Of a stretch of 44,124 nucleotides of DNA, positions 41,430 to 44,124 are shown in pieces. The notes under the pieces were generated by a model. That model had not been told where the DNA came from. It ran no database searches and worked only from the letters and a program-made list of their open reading frames with translations. Position numbers and translations under genes: made by a program. How positions within the stretch are numbered: the stretch's first letter is position 1; each line of letters opens with the position of its first letter. The DNA lies in assembly GCA_041572575.1 (NCBI GenBank), contig JBFFSH010000015.1, forward strand, positions 1 to 44,124, given 5' to 3'. This stretch comes from Thermodesulfobacteriota bacterium. GTDB taxonomy: Bacteria; Desulfobacterota_D; UBA1144; Nemesobacterales; N074bin48.

Positions 41430-41665
41430 TAAACTGTAATCCCCTCATTCTCTTAAGACGCATTAACAGTATTTATATAGAATTATTTATATAATAATAT
41501 TAATCTGATATTGATTATAGCACTAAGTCTATAATGAACCTATACCTTTTATTTAAAACTTAAAAATAAATTCCAAGTTAATACACTGTTATTATTGATA
41601 AATATACCTTCAATTTTAATCTTGATTGGAAACCGTAGTATAAAACGGTATAATCTCACAAGTAT

Positions 41666-42694
41666 ATGAGAATTGATCTACTCGAACAGCTCTGCCAAGC
41701 AGTTGCTCTTCCCGGGGCAGAGGAAAAACTCCAGAAAATTATAGTTAAACACCTTAAAAACTATACTTCCGATATAACCATAGACTGTATGGGTAATATT
41801 ATCGCTCATATAAAAGGCAAAGGACCCAAGGTTGTTTTAGACGCTCACATGGATGAAGTCGGGTTTATGGTTCACTACATAGATCCAAATGGCTTTCTCA
41901 AACTTACCCCGCTTGGTGGAATGGATCCCCGTATTTTCTATGCACAGAGAGTAATGGTGCATGGAAAAAAAGACCTTATCGGTGTCGTAGCCTCCATACC
42001 ACCTCATATAAGCAAGAATGGTAACAATCAAGAAGTACCGGAGGTTGAGGACTGTGTAGTTGATCTTGGATTATCTGCCGAAAAAGTACATAAACTTGTA
42101 AAAGTGGGTGATCTGGTCTCATTTTGCTACTCTTTTGAGAAGACTGAAGATGCTGTAGTTGCAAAGGCATTAGACGACCGGGTTGGATTATTCGTTTTCC
42201 TAGAAGCACTAAAGAAGGCAAAGAAAATAAATTGTGACCTTTATGTAACTGCCACAGTTCAAGAAGAAGTAGGCTTAAGGGGAGCAAGACTTATAACCCC
42301 TGTTGTAGAGCCCGATTACGTTGTTGCTCTCGAGGGTACTGTATCTATGAACATACCGGGAATACCAGAGGACAAAATGCTTGCAAAAGCTCTGGAAGGA
42401 CCTGAAATAAGGCTATCAGACAGGTTTTTGGTAGCTGACAGGAAATTTAGCTTTTTTATTATGGAGCTTGCTGAAAAGAACAAGATTCCTTATCAGGTTA
42501 CTGTTAAAAAGGCCGGAAGTACTAATGCTACAGCCATGCAAGTCACCGGAAAGGGAAGCAAAGCCGCCGTTGTTTCAGTTCCCACAAGGTATCTGCACAG
42601 CCCCAGTAGTCTTGCATTTAAAGATGATATAAGTAATACTATACAGTTAATAGCACTTTTATTAGAGAATATTAATAAGTTTAAAAATAATTAA
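41666..42694 (+). CDS. M42 family metallo-aminopeptidase
   Basis: AHMDEVG, ALDDRVG, QEEVGLRGA, RYLHSP. Confidence 0.92.
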   Translation: MRIDLLEQLCQAVALPGAEEKLQKIIVKHLKNYTSDITIDCMGNIIAHIKGKGPKVVLDAHMDEVGFMVHYIDPNGFLKLTPLGGMDPRIFYAQRVMVHGKKDLIGVVASIPPHISKNGNNQEVPEVEDCVVDLGLSAEKVHKLVKVGDLVSFCYSFEKTEDAVVAKALDDRVGLFVFLEALKKAKKINCDLYVTATVQEEVGLRGARLITPVVEPDYVVALEGTVSMNIPGIPEDKMLAKALEGPEIRLSDRFLVADRKFSFFIMELAEKNKIPYQVTVKKAGSTNATAMQVTGKGSKAAVVSVPTRYLHSPSSLAFKDDISNTIQLIALLLENINKFKNN

Positions 42695-42709
42695 GGCAGG
42701 ATGTGAAAA

Positions 42710-43519
42710 ATGAATACTAACTTATTCAGATCATTTATAATTTTTACAGCATTAATAATTTTATCTGCTCCATTTACTTACGCTTCTGACACTGAGAATG
42801 AAAAAACATCCGTTCAGCAGGTCAAAATTAATACTTTACAGCACGCCCAGAATATATTCTTTGAGTATCACAATGACGAATCCAGTTTCAGTAAAGCAAT
42901 GGATATCTTGAATGAAGAATTAGCAATTAATCCAAATAACTGCGATGCGCTTGTTCTACTTTCAAGAATCTGGCTTACATACGGTCATTATATACAGGAC
43001 AATAGTTCAGAAGAAAAATGGAACAGGTTTAAAACAGGCTCAGAAATTGCTAAAAAAGCAATTAAAGCAGATTCTTCCAATCCTGATGCTTATTTTTATT
43101 ATGTTGCAAACGAGGCGTCCCTTGCAAAATCAAAAGGGGTATTCGGCTCATTTTTCCTGGTTAAAAAAATTAAGAAAAACATTGCCAAGACACTGGAGCT
43201 TAATCCAAACCACACTGAGACGATTGCAATGAAAGGAGCGCTTCTAAACTCTATCCCCGGAATCATGGGTGGAGATGTAAAAGAGGCAGAAAAACTTATA
43301 AGACAGGCTCTTGTGCTTGACCCTCACCTAACAAGTACAAAGATTTTCCTTGCCAAGAACCTATTCAAACAAGAGCAGTACGAAGAGGCAAAGGCTGTAT
43401 TAAATGAAGTATTGGAAGAAACAAACCCCACAGTGCTTGCCGACTGGCACCTGAACAAAAGATCGGCTCTTATGTGGCTTAAGAAGATTAACGAACAACA
43501 GCAAAGCAAAAAGACTTAA
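42710..43519 (+). CDS. exported TPR-repeat protein
   Basis: Signal peptide ending TYA; repeats such as ALVLDP, LELNPN and AINPNN. Confidence 0.75.
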   Translation: MNTNLFRSFIIFTALIILSAPFTYASDTENEKTSVQQVKINTLQHAQNIFFEYHNDESSFSKAMDILNEELAINPNNCDALVLLSRIWLTYGHYIQDNSSEEKWNRFKTGSEIAKKAIKADSSNPDAYFYYVANEASLAKSKGVFGSFFLVKKIKKNIAKTLELNPNHTETIAMKGALLNSIPGIMGGDVKEAEKLIRQALVLDPHLTSTKIFLAKNLFKQEQYEEAKAVLNEVLEETNPTVLADWHLNKRSALMWLKKINEQQQSKKT

Positions 43520-43989
43520 GATATTTCTTTTCCATAAATCAACAAACCTGAATTTCTCCATATAACACTTATCCCCATAACACATATAACCGGCCAAAGT
43601 GTGTAATCCGTTCAAAATATGTGAATATGCCAAATTGCCACCTTTTTATCCTATACCCACAAAACCTGGCATTATGGCAATATTAGTAAAATTTCCAACT
43701 TCGGATCAAAAGATCAACGCCCATCCCTTAACCCCTGATACTTGATCTTTTGATATTAACTCATTAATAATCCTGGAATGCAGTCCAGCATTTGTTTATT
43801 ATCAAAGTTTAATCTCTTAATCTCCTAGTCTATATCCCATACCTAAAACCAAGAGACTAAGAGACTTACTTTTAATAATTTATTAATTTCGGCAGGTTAT
43901 GTTCTACAGGCTCATAGGCTCAGTGGTTTTACCCTACCCCTCAGCCTGCTGAGTTTTTGAGCTTTGGAATGGATATCTATATAATTTTT

Positions 43990-44124
43990 GGAGCTCGCAT
44001 AGAACAGAGCTATAAGTAATGCAGAATCTCCTTTATTTTATTAACTAAATCTACATTTCTGTTATTAAATCTAAATTCCATCTCTTTTAGATACAAAACA
44101 AAGTGTTTTCTGTCAATTCCATTG
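43990..44124 (-). mobile_element. right end of an IS1595-family insertion sequence (transposase C-terminus at 44010..44123 plus terminal inverted repeat)
   Basis: Minus frame NGIDRKHFVLYLKEMEFRFNNRNVDLVNKIKEILHYL* carries the IS1595 LYL.E.EFRFN.R motif. End sequence GGAGCTCGCATAGAAC (43990-44005) resembles IS1016-type GGGGCT...TAGA termini. Confidence 0.8.

Noticed and set aside
1285..43509. Numerous short ORFs antisense to or nested in long genes (e.g. 3723-3941, 16065-16466, 35522-35890, 38433-38762)
   Set aside because: They overlap well-supported genes, lack family motifs and RBSs, and look like shadow frames.
43400..43633. 77-aa minus-strand ORF as a small toxin or membrane peptide
   Set aside because: TTG start, overlaps the TPR gene antisense, no recognisable motif; cannot be supported from sequence alone.
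1..44124. CRISPR array, tRNA, rRNA, tmRNA, prophage or integrase
   Set aside because: No regularly spaced repeats, cloverleaf or T-loop signatures, or phage/integrase motifs were seen by eye.

Overview
AT-rich bacterial chromosome segment, mostly housekeeping. The proteins look deltaproteobacteria-like; a low-GC lineage such as Ca. Dadabacteria is a guess, not established. Minus-strand blocks: yceD-rpmF-fabD-fabG-acpP-fabF; nfeD-stomatin-oppABCDF; rimP-nusA-infB-DUF503-rbfA-nrnA-truB-rpsO-pnp-miaA; ECF sigma/anti-sigma/Spy-like, uvrB and a transglutaminase. A plus-strand block follows: cobA-hemD fusion, rsmE, a cytidylate-kinase-like::PD-(D/E)xK nuclease fusion, hpt and a stand-alone GAF protein. 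Features the ORF track misses: (1) a promoter-flanked ~170-nt structured RNA between the nuclease gene and hpt with 6S RNA hallmarks; (2) a c-di-GMP-I riboswitch ahead of a secreted Cys-rich P-domain gene split by one in-frame TAA; (3) an alkylation-repair gene interrupted by an in-frame TAG; (4) a partial DUF3303 gene at the left edge; (5) the 3' end and terminal repeat of an IS1595-family element at the right edge. The best candidate for an undescribed system is the kinase-like::nuclease / ncRNA / hpt locus. No tRNA, rRNA or CRISPR array was seen. All family assignments are from motif recognition by eye; no searches were run.
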